From: Tubulanus polymorphus
Lineage: Eukaryota > Animalia > Nemertea
Assembly (NCBI RefSeq): GCF_964204645.1
Contig: NC_134033.1
Location: 9,432,655-9,496,654 of the forward strand
Reading direction: 5' to 3'
DNA: 64,000 nucleotides
Shown: piece by piece, positions 1-12,360 of the stretch
How the letters are laid out: every line of letters starts with the position of its first letter
Position numbering within the stretch: the stretch's first letter is position 1
Program-made: the position numbers and the translations under genes
The notes under the pieces: generated by a model
Databases searched by the model: none
Seen by the model: the letters and a program-made list of their open reading frames with translations, nothing else
Told to the model about the DNA's origin: nothing

Positions 1-545
1 TCAGGCTCGGGCCAAATTTGGTAATTAGAGAGTGCGTTCACACGCAAACAATTAACTCGATACTAAACAATGCTCAAACAAAGCGAAGTGGATCATTTGC
101 GGTGCTAGTTGCAATTCAAACGCAGTCTGGTGCTCGGGCCAGGTCCGACGTTTTTTGTCGGGCCAAACAGGCTCGGGCCCATTTGGCACCCGTGTGAATA
201 GTTGTTCCGGGCCAAATTTGGCCCTGGCCAAACCTACACGTGTGATCGCGGCTATAGAGACGATTTGTCGGGGCTAAATTGGCTCGAATCAGGTCCGACT
301 TTAATTTTACGTATGGCTTACCAAAGAGCGCGCAGATTTTCATGTTCAAATTCATTTCACATTCAAATTCAAACCCATTCATTCGTTACTAAACAATGTT
401 TAAACCATGGAATCTAAAACGAGTCCATACTTAAACCAAGCGAAGTGACTGTCTTCCAGAACCAGTTTAAATCAACACACTTAATTTGACTCAGGTCTGG
501 TCCGTCGTTTTTGGTCGGGCAATCAGGCACGGGTCCATTTTGCGC
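1..545. repeat. Degenerate host repeat (recurring CAGGCTCGGGCC / AAGCGAAGTG / TCTGGT..CGT.TTTTT.GTCGGGC blocks)
   Basis: Similar blocks recur at ~1-20, ~120-190, ~210-300 and ~490-545; no coherent ORF. Confidence 0.4.
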
Positions 546-1159
546 CCATTACTGTTTTTTTTTCGCCAGATCTCACCGTCCCTACACCTTTTGACTTGAC
601 TTTTATCATCCACGTATTTAAATTTCGATTCTTTCAGCTTGTGTTAATTTTATACTCGTGCAAAGCACACTGATTACAATTTGCAGCAGTGCGCTATTTA
701 ATGAAATAAGTAATATTGATTGTTAATATCAATATCAAGTGTGAATTTGCGGTTGTAAAATAATTGATTTGATTAACAGTATAATTTGATCTAGACCTCC
801 CAGCGTCAATCAATGAAGAAAAAATTTAACTAGTCAAAGACTCAAGATCGAGTAAAGAAAAAGGAAGATGCATTCTAACAACTGATTGCGATGTGAAGAC
901 AATATTAGGCTTATTATTAGAACCTGCACTACAGCTATTCAACTTTCTATAAATCATTCGTCGCAGACCCTCAAATACCGTGTACATTATCACTCATATT
1001 GCCTAAATATGTCTGGTGTCGTCGCTATAGTATACTACTTATTAAAACAATTGTTACACCAATATAATAAATATATATACCTATCATTCTAAAAGCTCAG
1101 GTTTTTAGCGTTTAGTGGTTTTGAAGAACATTCAACCCAAAGTCTATATTTCGAATAAC

Positions 1160-1365
1160 AGACCAGGTCCAGTTTCCTTCGTTTGACATTCGGAGGAACA
1201 TTCCTCCCGAAGTCGATACTTTGAATATCAGACCTGAAGGTCAGATTCTCTTCATTTGACCTTGGGAGGAATATTCCTCCCAAAGTCAATTGTTAAAATA
1301 TCGGACCACTTGGTCAAGTTTCCATCGATTGACATTGGGAGGAATATTCCTCCCAAGGTCAATTT
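1160..1365. repeat. Three-copy palindromic repeat (GGGAGGAATATTCCTCCC), possibly a MITE relic
   Basis: Self-complementary core at ~1189-1212, ~1258-1290 and ~1328-1362; the last two copies are also inverted relative to each other. Confidence 0.55.
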
Positions 1366-1437
1366 TCACAATAGCGGTCCTCTTAATTGGTGACACTCAA
1401 AGAACGCGCGGCTCAGATTTCTATTGTGCGCCTATCA

Positions 1438-1644
1438 AGCTCGTAAAAATGAAAAAACATAAAAATAATAACAATTTCTACTTGAATTACTCGCAAAATA
1501 AATTCTCACACGCTCGAATTTATTTTTCATTTTTATGAGTTTCGCTCCTAATTCAAGTAGAAATTGTTATTATTTTTATGTTTTTTCATTTTTACTCACC
1601 CGCCCGTTCAACCTTTAGCCTGAAACAACTAAACCCCTATTACT
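1438..1644. repeat. Left terminal fold-back of copy A (outer arm truncated)
   Basis: Reverse complement of 9610-~9833 apart from a short internal deletion; internally palindromic. Confidence 0.9.
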
Positions 1645-1724
1645 CTTAAAATATTCACATATATGAATAACATTTAAATCATTGAACTTCTAAAATCAAT
1701 TTTAATAAAAAATATAGTATTAAA

Positions 1725-1976
1725 ATGGAAGCAAATAAATACTACTGCCCAACATGTAATATCGATATAGACAAGTCTCAAAAAGCAAGACACAATAAAA
1801 CTATAACACATTTAGAGAATAAATTAAAACTAGAATATTTACAGTTATATTCAGAACAGTTAACAAAGGGAAAGAAATTTATTGAATTATGGAATAATGA
1901 TCCAAATAATGAACAATACGTTGAGGAATTTATTATCAAGGAATCGAAAGAACTTATCAAAAGCAGCGAGGAATGA
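1725..1976 (+). CDS. Chimeric stub ORF: pPolB N-terminal C2H2 zinc finger (inside the TIR) fused to an HNH C-terminal relic
   Basis: First 38 aa identical to the pPolB start; LQLYSEQLTKGKKFIELWN..NEQYVE resembles the HNH C-terminus LQLYLNQLEKVKKFIELWNSTHNEQYVE. Confidence 0.6.
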   Translation: MEANKYYCPTCNIDIDKSQKARHNKTITHLENKLKLEYLQLYSEQLTKGKKFIELWNNDPNNEQYVEEFIIKESKELIKSSEE

Positions 1977-2053
1977 AAAAGGATGACGTTGGTCGAAGAA
2001 ATGGAAGAGGATTCTAAAATGTTAATCAATTTTAATAAAAATATGTATAATAA

Positions 2054-2566
2054 ATGGAGCCGGAACAACCACAAACTATCAATATTACAAATAACACTGG
2101 CGTTATAAACATATATTACAAAAAGTGTTCTAAATGTGAATTAGATAAATTAGCTTTAACAGAATTTAGTAAGCGTAAGATTAGCAAAGATGGTTTTCAA
2201 AATTGTTGTAAAACTTGTGCTAAACTATATACCAAACAATACCGAGAAGATAATAGAGAAGCTTATAATGATTATATGACAGAATACATGAGAGAAAAAT
2301 ATAAAACAGATCTTAATTTTAGATTAAAACAATGTTTACGGTCTAGATTAACACAATTATTCAGTAAAGACAGTCACTCATACACATTATCTGATCTATT
2401 AGGTTGTTCAGATGAATTTCTCAAATCATGGATAATATATCAATTCGATGATAAAATGAATATAGATAATTATGGTGAATACTTTCATATTGATCATGTG
2501 TTGCCGATTTCTAAATTTGACATGAATGATGAATATTATAAGAAGCTAATCTGGAACTGGAGAAAT
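2054..2566 (+). pseudogene. HNH endonuclease, 3'-truncated by deletion (copy A)
   Basis: Matches the 25006..25671 protein up to LIWNW, then reads into the antisense strand of an unrelated gene. Confidence 0.85.
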
Positions 2567-3006
2567 TCTAAATTATTCGTGAAATATGGGTCATCTTTAA
2601 AAATTTGTTCTACAACATCTTCAGTATCAATTTCATCTATTACAACTTTTGGTAATAATTCGTTAACAATTGTATCTGTTACTCTAGATTTCATTTTATA
2701 TAATTCCATAGGTTTATCAGGATATTTTTCTTGTTGTTTTACTAATAGTTTCATAAATTCTTTTCTTTCTGTTCTAGTTGAAATTCTACCACTTTCAGGA
2801 GCTTTTAAATATTTATTTAATTTTTCACGTAATTCAGAATTAATACCATCATAATCATCATCATAATCATCATCTTCACCTAAATTAGTATTATATGCTG
2901 ATTCATCATCATTATCAATATTAGCACCTGCATCATTATAATCATCATCAATATATCCTTCATTATCATTTCCCATGTCATCCAATGGAATATCTTCTAC
3001 ATCCAT
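2566..3006 (-). pseudogene. N-terminal fragment of the coiled-coil/transmembrane protein (copy A variant)
   Basis: MDVEDIPLDDMGNDNEGYIDDD matches the start of 59932..61377; truncated at the deletion junction. Confidence 0.75.
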
Positions 3007-3024
3007 TTACATAATAAAAAAAAA

Positions 3025-4413
3025 TTAAAATTTAAAATATAATATTCCTCCGATTACAATTCCTATACAAGTTATAGCTAATTTAGTATTTTCATGGGAT
3101 TTATTATCATCATTTAGTTTAATTATATCATGTTGAATTTTATCAGTTTTTATATCTTCTGATGTATTGTAATCTTTTATTTTAGAATCATTATTTAATT
3201 TAATATTTTTAGTTTTAGTTTCAGTTGATTGAATGTGTTTTTTATTTTTTTCGCCTTCCATTAATTTTGGAGCAGTAATAATCTTTTTATTTATATCATT
3301 TAACCCAAATGAATTATTTATTGTTGCAGTTTTAATTAGATTATTATAACCAATTATATTTCCCATCTTCAATACTAAATCATTAGAAATAATTAATAGA
3401 TTAGGGCCTATACAATAATTAAGTCTTACATGAGATTTATCTAAATAATTTTGATATCTTATAATGTTTTCTGGAATAGATCTATTTTTATCATTATGAA
3501 TTGAATCTTCAAATAAAACTTTAAATTGTTTTTGTGTATCAAATGATGTATTCAAATTTCCAATTATCGGTGATCTTGTTTCAACTTGCGCACCTAAAAT
3601 ACAAATTAAATAAGTTCTAATAGATTGATTTATTCTTTCTATACCTGATTTTGTAAAACCTTCACTATTTTCTAAAATAAAATAAACCCAACCATTATTG
3701 TTTTCTTGTTTTAAATTATCATAAAATTTTGGTAATTTATTGAAATTTAATGTTTCTAAATCCTTTGTTTCTATTTTACCATAACCTAATTTTTTATTAT
3801 AGATATTATAAAAACTATTAGATGGTATAGGAAGTGCACAATATTCTGCAATCTTTTTAGGGCAAGGAAGTGATCTTATTGTTCCAATTTTTATTCTAAA
3901 ATCAGAATTATTTATATCTATATTAAATTCATTGCAAATTTTATAAAACTTTGATAAATTAATATTATTATCTAATTCTTTGAAATACCTAGACCCTGGT
4001 AAAGCACACTCTAATTCATTTAATATTATTCTGATTTGAAAGTATGTATGAAATCTAAATAAACTTTGAATTAGTTTATATTTAGAATTATTCAAATGAT
4101 CATTCCAACTAATTCCACATCCTGTTGTTGCACAATAAACAGCAAAATTTAATTGATTCTGCCAATACTTCATATTAGATTTTAATAACCATTGTTTTTC
4201 ATCTTTCAATTTTTTAAAATTAATCAAATATACATGAAATATATTTTCCATCTTTGCATTAAAATTATTAGTTTCAGTAACATAAATATATAAATCAATT
4301 AATGAATTTAAAACTTCATTTCTATATGTAATATCTTTATTAAAATCTATTGCTGGAATATTATATTTAATTGATTTATTATATTGGAAAGCTTTTGGAA
4401 AACTATCTACCAT
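3025..4413 (-). CDS. 462-aa putative virion protein with a C-terminal TM anchor
   Basis: Near-identical to 58527..59915; ends LAITCIGIVIGGILYFKF. Confidence 0.8.
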   Translation of the reverse strand: MVDSFPKAFQYNKSIKYNIPAIDFNKDITYRNEVLNSLIDLYIYVTETNNFNAKMENIFHVYLINFKKLKDEKQWLLKSNMKYWQNQLNFAVYCATTGCGISWNDHLNNSKYKLIQSLFRFHTYFQIRIILNELECALPGSRYFKELDNNINLSKFYKICNEFNIDINNSDFRIKIGTIRSLPCPKKIAEYCALPIPSNSFYNIYNKKLGYGKIETKDLETLNFNKLPKFYDNLKQENNNGWVYFILENSEGFTKSGIERINQSIRTYLICILGAQVETRSPIIGNLNTSFDTQKQFKVLFEDSIHNDKNRSIPENIIRYQNYLDKSHVRLNYCIGPNLLIISNDLVLKMGNIIGYNNLIKTATINNSFGLNDINKKIITAPKLMEGEKNKKHIQSTETKTKNIKLNNDSKIKDYNTSEDIKTDKIQHDIIKLNDDNKSHENTKLAITCIGIVIGGILYFKF

Positions 4414-4429
4414 TTATATAATTAAAAAA

Positions 4430-4864
4430 TTAATAATTTATTAATTCTTTTAATAATTTATCTTGTTCTTCAACTGTTATATGACCATTTAAACTAATTA
4501 TATAATCTAGTGTGTTCTTTAATTTATTTATTTCTTTTATATTAGTTTTGATTTTTTCTTTATTACTTTTTATATTTAATTTTGAACTTATACCAGTTAA
4601 AACACTTGAACTTAATCCTAATACACCAATTGATATAGCTAAAGGTGTTAATGGACTGAATATTGCTAGAAATGTTATTACAGAACTAATTGTAACCGAA
4701 CCACTTATAATCAAATAATATATAATTTTACTTTTTAAATATTTTTTCTTTTTTATCTTTAAGTCACTTTCAAATTCTAATATTTGTTTTTCTAAATATA
4801 TTTTTAATTTAGTTTTATTTATATCATGAGGAATAATATCAATACTATCAACTTTATCTTCCAT
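4430..4864 (-). CDS. 144-aa two-TM protein flanked by coiled coils
   Basis: Two hydrophobic helices; conserved in copies A, C, D and E. Confidence 0.8.
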   Translation of the reverse strand: MEDKVDSIDIIPHDINKTKLKIYLEKQILEFESDLKIKKKKYLKSKIIYYLIISGSVTISSVITFLAIFSPLTPLAISIGVLGLSSSVLTGISSKLNIKSNKEKIKTNIKEINKLKNTLDYIISLNGHITVEEQDKLLKELINY

Positions 4865-4883
4865 TTATTTAGAATAAAAATTA

Positions 4884-5306
4884 CTAATTAGTAAACTTAT
4901 AAGCAACAAATATAACAATAACAGTTCCACCTAAAATCCATATTATTTCATATTTCTGTTGTTCTTTACTCGGGGTATAATAATCTGATAATTTAGGTTT
5001 GTATAGATGTAATTTTTCTTTATTTGTTACTGCGTTATATAAACTCATTGCATCATCAACTGATTGAAAATCTCTATGTGAAATCTTCTGATCATATAAT
5101 TCTTTATTGATGTAATCCATATAGTTTTGTCTCTTTTCTCTATATTCTTCTGCAGCTTTATTGTATTTCTCTAACGCTAAGTTATGTCTTCTTTGTTCTC
5201 CTAATGAACTATTTTTATCAATATGTTTAAATAAATAACCACCACTAGTAAATGCTAAAGCGTTAACAATTGCCGATCCTATAATAGTTATAATTGCAGA
5301 AGCCAT
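4884..5306 (-). CDS. 140-aa protein with N- and C-terminal hydrophobic segments
   Basis: Conserved and open in copies A, C, D and E; TAAATG start. Confidence 0.8.
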   Translation of the reverse strand: MASAIITIIGSAIVNALAFTSGGYLFKHIDKNSSLGEQRRHNLALEKYNKAAEEYREKRQNYMDYINKELYDQKISHRDFQSVDDAMSLYNAVTNKEKLHLYKPKLSDYYTPSKEQQKYEIIWILGGTVIVIFVAYKFTN

Positions 5307-5334
5307 TTATTTAGCAAAAAAAATTACACACTTC

Positions 5335-5556
5335 TTATATGGGAGGAATATATTTTTGTTTTTCTAAATAATCAATAGTTAAATTAGATAAAGTAACTGC
5401 TAATGTTAACTTTAAAATATCATTTATATCAAATCTATCAACATTAACACTTCCCATTTTGAATACTTTTTTTAATACCATTGAATAACCAACAGTTCCA
5501 ACTGATAGTAATGCTCCATTATATAATCCAGTTATTATCCACTTATTATCACTCAT
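5335..5556 (-). CDS. 73-aa hydrophobic protein
   Basis: Near-identical to 35137..35358; TAAATG start. Confidence 0.75.
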   Translation of the reverse strand: MSDNKWIITGLYNGALLSVGTVGYSMVLKKVFKMGSVNVDRFDINDILKLTLAVTLSNLTIDYLEKQKYIPPI

Positions 5557-5898
5557 TTATTTATCAAAAAAATTACTATCATCAAAATATTTAGTTAACT
5601 TAGTGATGATTATTTCAACATTTATTTCATTACTAGTTTTATGATTATCATATATTTTGGATAATATGTTTTTGATATCATCAATAATCCCATCTTCATT
5701 TAATTCATAATATTCTAAAGGTGATTTAATTAAATCAATTACTTTTTCTATATTATACTTTTCTTTATCAATCATTGACGCATTGTTAAATGATTTACTT
5801 TTTATATCAGTAATTACATCATTTAGTTTAATTCTCATTTCTTTACCATGTTTAAAATCAAATCCAAAACATATACTCGGTCCAACAGTTATATTCAT
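5557..5898 (-). CDS. 113-aa hypothetical protein (divergent allele of the 118-aa gene)
   Basis: Shares MNITVGPSICFGFDFK and KYFDDSNFFDK ends with 35359..35715; central part differs. Confidence 0.7.
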   Translation of the reverse strand: MNITVGPSICFGFDFKHGKEMRIKLNDVITDIKSKSFNNASMIDKEKYNIEKVIDLIKSPLEYYELNEDGIIDDIKNILSKIYDNHKTSNEINVEIIITKLTKYFDDSNFFDK

Positions 5899-5915
5899 TT
5901 ATATAGTGAAAAAAA

Positions 5916-6295
5916 TTACTCTCTACATCTTATAACTAATTCATAAATTACAGGGAAATTATTTAAATCAATTAAGTATCCATTATGATTTCTAATTTCT
6001 AATCTAAAATTATTAAAACGAGGAATGCATGGTTTGAAATCACATTCTGTTAAATTATAATTTATTTGCGTTCCAAATTCTTTAACATTCTTCAATGGTA
6101 AAATGTTTAGTAAACCAGAATTACAAGTTATATCTTTAGTTGCTTCGAATGTTTTTGTAGGATCGATTAAATTGCAATAGATATAAAAATGTGTAAAAGG
6201 CATTATATTTGAAATACCTTCTACGTTTCCTGTACCAATATCTGGTGCAATTCCTAGCAATTTAGCTATAGGTTTTTTTACCATAAATGCATGTT
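5916..6295 (-). pseudogene. Minor capsid (penton) 3' half, fused in frame to truncated pPolB
   Basis: ORF 5916..6956 switches from pPolB ...FYGKTCEN to penton KHAFMVKKPIAKLL...NNFPVIYELVIR. Confidence 0.85.
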
Positions 6296-9200
6296 TGTTT
6301 TCACATGTTTTTCCATAAAATGCATTATTCATTAACTTAAAAAAATCCTTCTCAAAATCAGTTTTAGATTTAGTTCTCTGTGTAGTATTAAAATCTATAT
6401 ATTTTTCTAACCACTTAGATTGATTAAATGAAATATATCTATGTACTTTTTTTAATATCATTCCTTGATTCAAATAAAACTTCAACATTCTATAATGTAC
6501 TACATAATTATATTTATCTTCTTGAGTTACCATTAACTTTTCTGTATGAATATGATTATCAGGTTTAATTCTTTTTTGATAATTTGATAATTCTTCATGT
6601 TTAACAGTTTTATGTTCGGGACAATATGCTAGATTTCTAGATTTGAATTTAATATTTTCGGGGTATTCTAAATCTACAACAAAGAAGTAACCAGTATCTG
6701 AATCATCTGCAATATCTAGAATTCTTTTCTTCCAATCAAATTTATCAATTTGTAAAACTTCAGTTATTTCAAACATCCCATAAGGTTGTGGTTCCATCAT
6801 TGCCCAACCATAAAGGTTATTTGCATCTATATATAATAATTTATATCCAGGATTATCATTTACATTGAAATATCTATCACCTAATACACCTGAAACACCT
6901 CCTCTTATAGATTTTTCAAATAATAGTAATTGATCTATATTTGTTAACAAATCCATTTTTATATTTGTAAATTTTAATCCACAATCCCATGTTAATCCTG
7001 GTGATGAATAACAATGACAAGGATCAATATTTTAGGTTTACATCTCTAAACCTTTCAAATATATCGGTTAATAATAATACATCTGATTTTAAATATAAAT
7101 CTACTAATTGTCCATGATTTTTAATTTCGAAATGATTCCAAATATTCAATGTTCTATTATATACTTCATCTTTAACATATTCATTTTTTAATTCATCATA
7201 GAATTGTTCTTTCAATAATTCAGTTATTTTAAAATCATTATGATTTTTATAGAAAGAATATGGAATTGCTCCTTTATATCTCATTAATTTAAAATCATCA
7301 TAATTAGGGTAATATTCTTTTAATATCTTTAATTCATCATCAACTAAACTTTTTGATAAATTATCTAATGAACTATTTAAAAATCTATATGAATCTATAA
7401 ATCTTAAACAACCAAATTGGAATGAAATATAATTTTCAGATGTTTTAGCTAGTATTTTTAATTTATAAGTTGGTATTTTATCTTTTGATCTATTTGAATT
7501 TAATCTTTCTATTTCATTATTAATTTCTTCTATTTTATAGCATAACTGTTTGATAAATAAATGTGCGTCATACCCCGATAAATTGTGAAATATAATGGGG
7601 ACAAAATTGATTTTCTTTGCTTGCAAATTACAATTCTCATGTGCAGCCCCTCTAAACTTTCCATTCAAATGATCATGGTCTCTTACTTTTTTATCTTTAT
7701 AATTAAATATCTTTTCACAATAATAACATTTATCTGCAAACTCAAATGCTTCTTTATCTTCTTCTGTCATAATTATTTCTTTATTTGTATTCAACTTTTC
7801 ATTAAATCTTATTTCATATTCAATTAATAAGTCACAAAAATGATTAATAACATTTTCATTTCTATAATGATAATATTCACTTTCAATTAGTTCTGGATAA
7901 TCAGATTTTATATATAACCCAAAAGCAGCAGCTGATTGATGAATCTTTTTAATAGTATTTGTTATTGGTGGTTCTTCTGAATAATCATTTTCATTAGAAT
8001 TTAATTTCTTTCTTTTATAATATATATCTTTTCTATCTTTATCTGTTAATTCTTTATTTAATGATTCAAAATCTCCATATATTACAAATGGTACTTTATT
8101 TTTATAATCATATTTTTTGAATTCTAATATTTTATCTTTTTCATTTGGTAAAACTAATTTACAATAATCATGATTATCACATAGTTGTTTATGATTTAAT
8201 AATGCGCCTTCAGTTCTGAATTTATGTAAACATTTTCTACATAGATATATTTTATTATCAAAATCATTTTCTGATTTAAAAAATAAATCGATTTGTTTAA
8301 TCCACATGTAATGATTCTCATAATATAGTATATCTATAACATCATTTGAATCATAATCTTTTGATAGGTATAAAGGTTCTAATGTATAATGTTTAATATT
8401 ATTTCCTTTTGTATTTGGTAATTTGATTAAATCAAATACATTTATCTTTAAATTATTATCTCTTTCTATTTTTGGAATATTTTTAATTCTAACAGGATAC
8501 TTATCTATCTTATAATTATTTTCAAATTGTTTATAATGAGTTAATCTATAAGTATGTTTATTATAATCTTCAACTGGGTGTAAACAACTTATTATAGCCC
8601 ATAGAAAACATTTATCATCTTCATTTTGTACATTTATTACACCATTAGTTTTAAATGGTAGTTTAATATAACTTGTTCCATTTATACTATCATCTTTATA
8701 ATATGATAAATTATTTTCATCAATTGGTTTTGATTTAGTTAACTTATTATATTTTGTGTTATAAACATGTAAAGTTATAAATATTATCTCATCAAATATT
8801 AAACCAGATCCTTCAAAATATTTCTCTTCTATTTTAGTTTTTATTTCATTATAACATTTATTTAATTTATCATCTATATGTTGTTTAGATATAATATGTT
8901 GTGAATGAGAATTTATATTATATATTGGTTTATCTTCAGATTTTATAAACTTTACTTTAACTGATATACTAATTTTTGGATATTCTACGTTTGTAATTAT
9001 TTTTATTATTTCTTTCATATTTTCTAAATGTTTTTTATTTTCTTCTATTGTTTTTGCTTTATGAAATTTAAACTCAATAGCTGCTGGACCAATATCACTG
9101 TTAAATGCTTCGGTTATCTCTATATCTTTTTTATTATCTAATGAATTAATATAATTTCTTACATCTTCCATATATGGTCTTTTATTGTTTAATTTATTTT

Positions 9201-9529
9201 TTATTCTTTTAATTGTCTTCTGTTTCTTATCGTTATCATTATCAAAATAATCTTCACCTAAAATATCATTATTCTTATTTCTAATATGGCTTTTAGATTT
9301 TAAATGTTCTTTATAATATCTTTTATCACTGAATGATTGATTACATGTATCACATTTATATTTTTTCTTTTTCATTCTTTAATTCATCTAATTTAGTTTC
9401 TAATATATCATCTTTATATTCTAGTTTCAATTTATTCTCTAAATGTGTTATAGTTTTATTGTGTCTTGCTTTTTGAGACTTGTCTATATCGATATTACAT
9501 GTTGGGCAGTAGTATTTATTTGCTTCCAT
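6296..9529 (-). pseudogene. polB: Protein-primed DNA polymerase B, frameshifted and 3'-deleted (copy A)
   Basis: Matches copy C pPolB; frameshifts near 9370 and 7025; ends after motif B (KLMNNAFYGK). Confidence 0.92.
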
Positions 9530-9609
9530 TTTAATACTATATTTTTTATTAAAATTGATTTTAGAAGTTCAATGATTTAAATGTTATTCATATATGTGAA
9601 TATTTTAAG

Positions 9610-9877
9610 AGTAATAGGGGTTTAGTTGTTTCAGGCTAAAGGTTGAACGGGCGGGTGAGTAAAAATGAAAAAACATAAAAATAATAACAATTTCTACTTG
9701 AATTAGGAGCGAAACTCATAAAAATGAAAAATAAATTCGAGCGTGTGAGAATTTATTTTTCATTTTTATGAGTTTTGCGAGTAATTCAAGTAGAAATTGT
9801 TATTATTTTTATGTTTTTTCATTTTTACGAGCTCGACCGTTCGACCTTTGGCCTGAAACAACTAAACCCCTATTACT
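9610..9877. repeat. Right terminal fold-back of copy A (268 bp)
   Basis: AGTAATAGGGGTTTAGTTGTTTCAGG...CCTGAAACAACTAAACCCCTATTACT. Confidence 0.93.
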
Positions 9878-10613
9878 ATTAGACTTTTGTATACTATAAA
9901 ATAGATTAGTGACTATTATGGTTTGTGAGACAATTTATTTAACCTTTTAAAAGAGGTGTACATTTTCAATTATCGTGATAAAAACACTATGTGCAATATG
10001 TAAATATGTACATAAATCATACATTAGTTATTCCTTTTTTAAAATAATAATTATCTATATTATTCAATACAAGACTTATGGCGTTTGGACGAAGCAGGAT
10101 CCACTTTCTTGAGGCCAGGTCTAAAAAAAATCTTATTCTTTATGGAGGTGGCGAGTGCCAGGGTCTTTGGACACATAGATGGGGGCAAGATACTAAAGCC
10201 AGGACGAGGAGATCGTGCAGGGAGGCACTCGATATGACGTTACACAGTGAGGACCTGAGGAAAAGATGCGCCGGAGCTCGGGTGACTGTGAGGTGCGGCG
10301 TCGAGTCAAGGGCCCTAACTCGATAGATCTCATGGCGGATACCTGTCCTGTCTGGTCTGTGTAATTTGGTCAATAGTTAAGATTTACCTGTGACACTTGC
10401 TTCCTCCTCCCCAATTCCTTTTATGAACTCTAACTTTTTGTCTTTGAAGCTGTCCGTCCCTTCGGCAGAAACTTTGTAGTTCCACTCCCCGGGACTACAG
10501 GACCAAGGCAGACCCTGTAGCCACGCTTATTGAGGGAAAACTTGACGGTCGTGACACCTATCGGTCGCTAGCAGAGGATGACACTAAATCGCGGACGCGT
10601 ACCGGCTACAAAT

Positions 10614-10625
10614 TGGTGGCAGCGG
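10614..10625 (+). promoter_or_regulatory. Primer-binding site complementary to a tRNA 3' end (Leu-like)
   Basis: TGGTGGCAGCGG begins 3 nt after a CA-ending LTR-like segment. Confidence 0.65.
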
Positions 10626-10768
10626 TTGGATGGATTGCTTTCAGAGACTTTTTTTATCCACTATTTTTTTTTTCTGTTTCTCTTAACCTTCCCATGACAA
10701 TGATAACCATATATAACATTTAAACATAAGGCGTATTAATTAGTTATACTAAAACACATACAAATTGC

Positions 10769-11666
10769 GTGACACGTGAAATGACTCCCTGTGACTATCC
10801 TGATGCCGGGGTTCCAAGACCCGTAGATGCACCCGCCGGTGATGAGTTTACTCGACCAGTTGATGTGAACAGGTCACGTTCCTTCCATACTGATGCCTCT
10901 GGTCAGATGTCCCGTAACGTAACCTGTAAAGTAAAACCAGATTGTTACAATGGAGATGAACCGTGGAACGATTACTTTTTGACGTTTGAGACTTTTTTCT
11001 CATCTACGCTGCGCGGCGAGACAATTGGCGTGTAATTTGACAAGAGATGAAATAGCTGATTATATTCAATTGTGTACAGCCCTGGAGAATAGATTTGGAC
11101 CTAGCCATAGAGCCGAAATTCACTTAGCGGAATTACGGTCGCGTCGACGTAAGTGCGGTGAATCGTTAAAAGAATTAGGTCAAACTATCTTGATGATGGG
11201 AAGATTGGCTTACCCAGACCTAACCCCTAAGCAGAGGGAACGTCTTCGCAGAAATCATTTCATTGAAATTCTACCGGAAGTCGAGACTCGCGTTATGAAG
11301 TACCAAAAAGATACAAGTTCATTCGATGCCCTGGTAAATAATGCCCTCGAGCTAGAGAGTATACATACGATGGAAAGCAACCGCCATCTTGAAAACATGA
11401 TGTCACAGATAAACGCAGTCACCTCTAGGGGTTCCGAAGATTCCAAGGCCATTCAACAGCTGCCCAACGCAGTTTCTCGGTTAGCCGCAGACGTTCGAAC
11501 GATGAAGATGCAAGACCCGAACTTAACTGAAGGCTGTAGATGTTACAATTGTGACCAATTAGGCCATATCCGGATCAACTGTCCACACCTCAGACATCGA
11601 GGACAGGCTCCTCACAAACCGTGGGAGCAAACTAAGCCAAATTCGTCAAAGACCATGGGAAAATAG
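10769..11666 (+). pseudogene. gag: Retrotransposon Gag with CCHC zinc knuckle (frameshift/deletion near 11000)
   Basis: KPDCYNGDEPWNDY, ALENRFGP, LRSRRRKCGESLKEL and CYNCDQLGHIRINC (CX2CX4HX4C). Confidence 0.85.
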
Positions 11667-11744
11667 GTGCTGTTACTCCTGAGAGGGAAGGGGTAACACC
11701 CAGACGGACGCATCCTCACCAACCTATCAAATCTAATCCACCTG

Positions 11745-12149
11745 AGTAATAGGGATAATAGGCTTTCAAGCCAAAGGTCGAACGGTCGAGCTCATTAAAA
11801 AACAAAACATTAAAAGTAATTTAAAACTATAATATATTTTCATAACCGTGTGTATTTTATATTATAACTAAATATTTATTCTAAGATATCAATAATTTAA
11901 AAAGCATATTGTATTAAATCAATTGGTCGCTCCACTTCGCTACCGCTCTGCTCCGCGACCAATTGATTTATTTACAATACACAAATTCATATAATCAAAT
12001 ATATTTTAATAATAATAATTATTCTATTATTCAACTGAAATACACACGGTTATGAAAATATATTATAGTTTTAAATTACTTTTAATATTTGTTATTTAAT
12101 GAACTCGACCATTCAACCTTTAACCTGAAAGCCTATTATCCCTATTACT
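11745..12149. repeat. Left terminal fold-back of copy B (405 bp)
   Basis: Arms AGTAATAGGGATAATAGGCTTTC / GAAAGCCTATTATCCCTATTACT; central stem TAAATCAATTGGTCGC...GCGACCAATTGATTTA. Confidence 0.93.
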
Positions 12150-12360
12150 CCTAAAATATTCATGTAAATGAATAACATTTAAAAGTGTAAGCTCTTATAG
12201 AATAGATATATAGATATATTTACAACATTATTTCAATATTTATATTTGTGTGAGTTAGATTTTTAAACATTAAAAGTGTTAGTAAAGTGTGATTGAAATA
12301 ATGCATGATATAAATCATTGAACTTCTAAAATCAATTTAGTAAAAAAATACATATAATAA

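Larger units (their letters stand above)
1438..9877. mobile_element. Polinton copy A, internally deleted and non-autonomous (lacks integrase, ATPase and MCP)
   Basis: Inverted termini at 1438-~1838 and ~9416-9877 ending in ...CCCCTATTACT; outer ~45 bp of the left end missing; genes collinear with copy C apart from two large deletions. Confidence 0.92.
10516..11744 (+). mobile_element. LTR retrotransposon (Ty3/gypsy-like) 5' fragment, cut off by Polinton B
   Basis: LTR-like end ...GGCTACA (10610) followed by PBS TGGTGGCAGCGG, then a gag ORF; LTR start uncertain. Confidence 0.7.

Noticed and set aside
116-1538. Short ORFs in the first 1.5 kb and at 10078-10373
   Set aside because: No recognisable motifs; they overlie host repeats or LTR-adjacent sequence.
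2566-2854. Novel C-terminal extension on the copy A HNH (266 aa)
   Set aside because: It is read-through into the antisense strand of another gene across a deletion junction.
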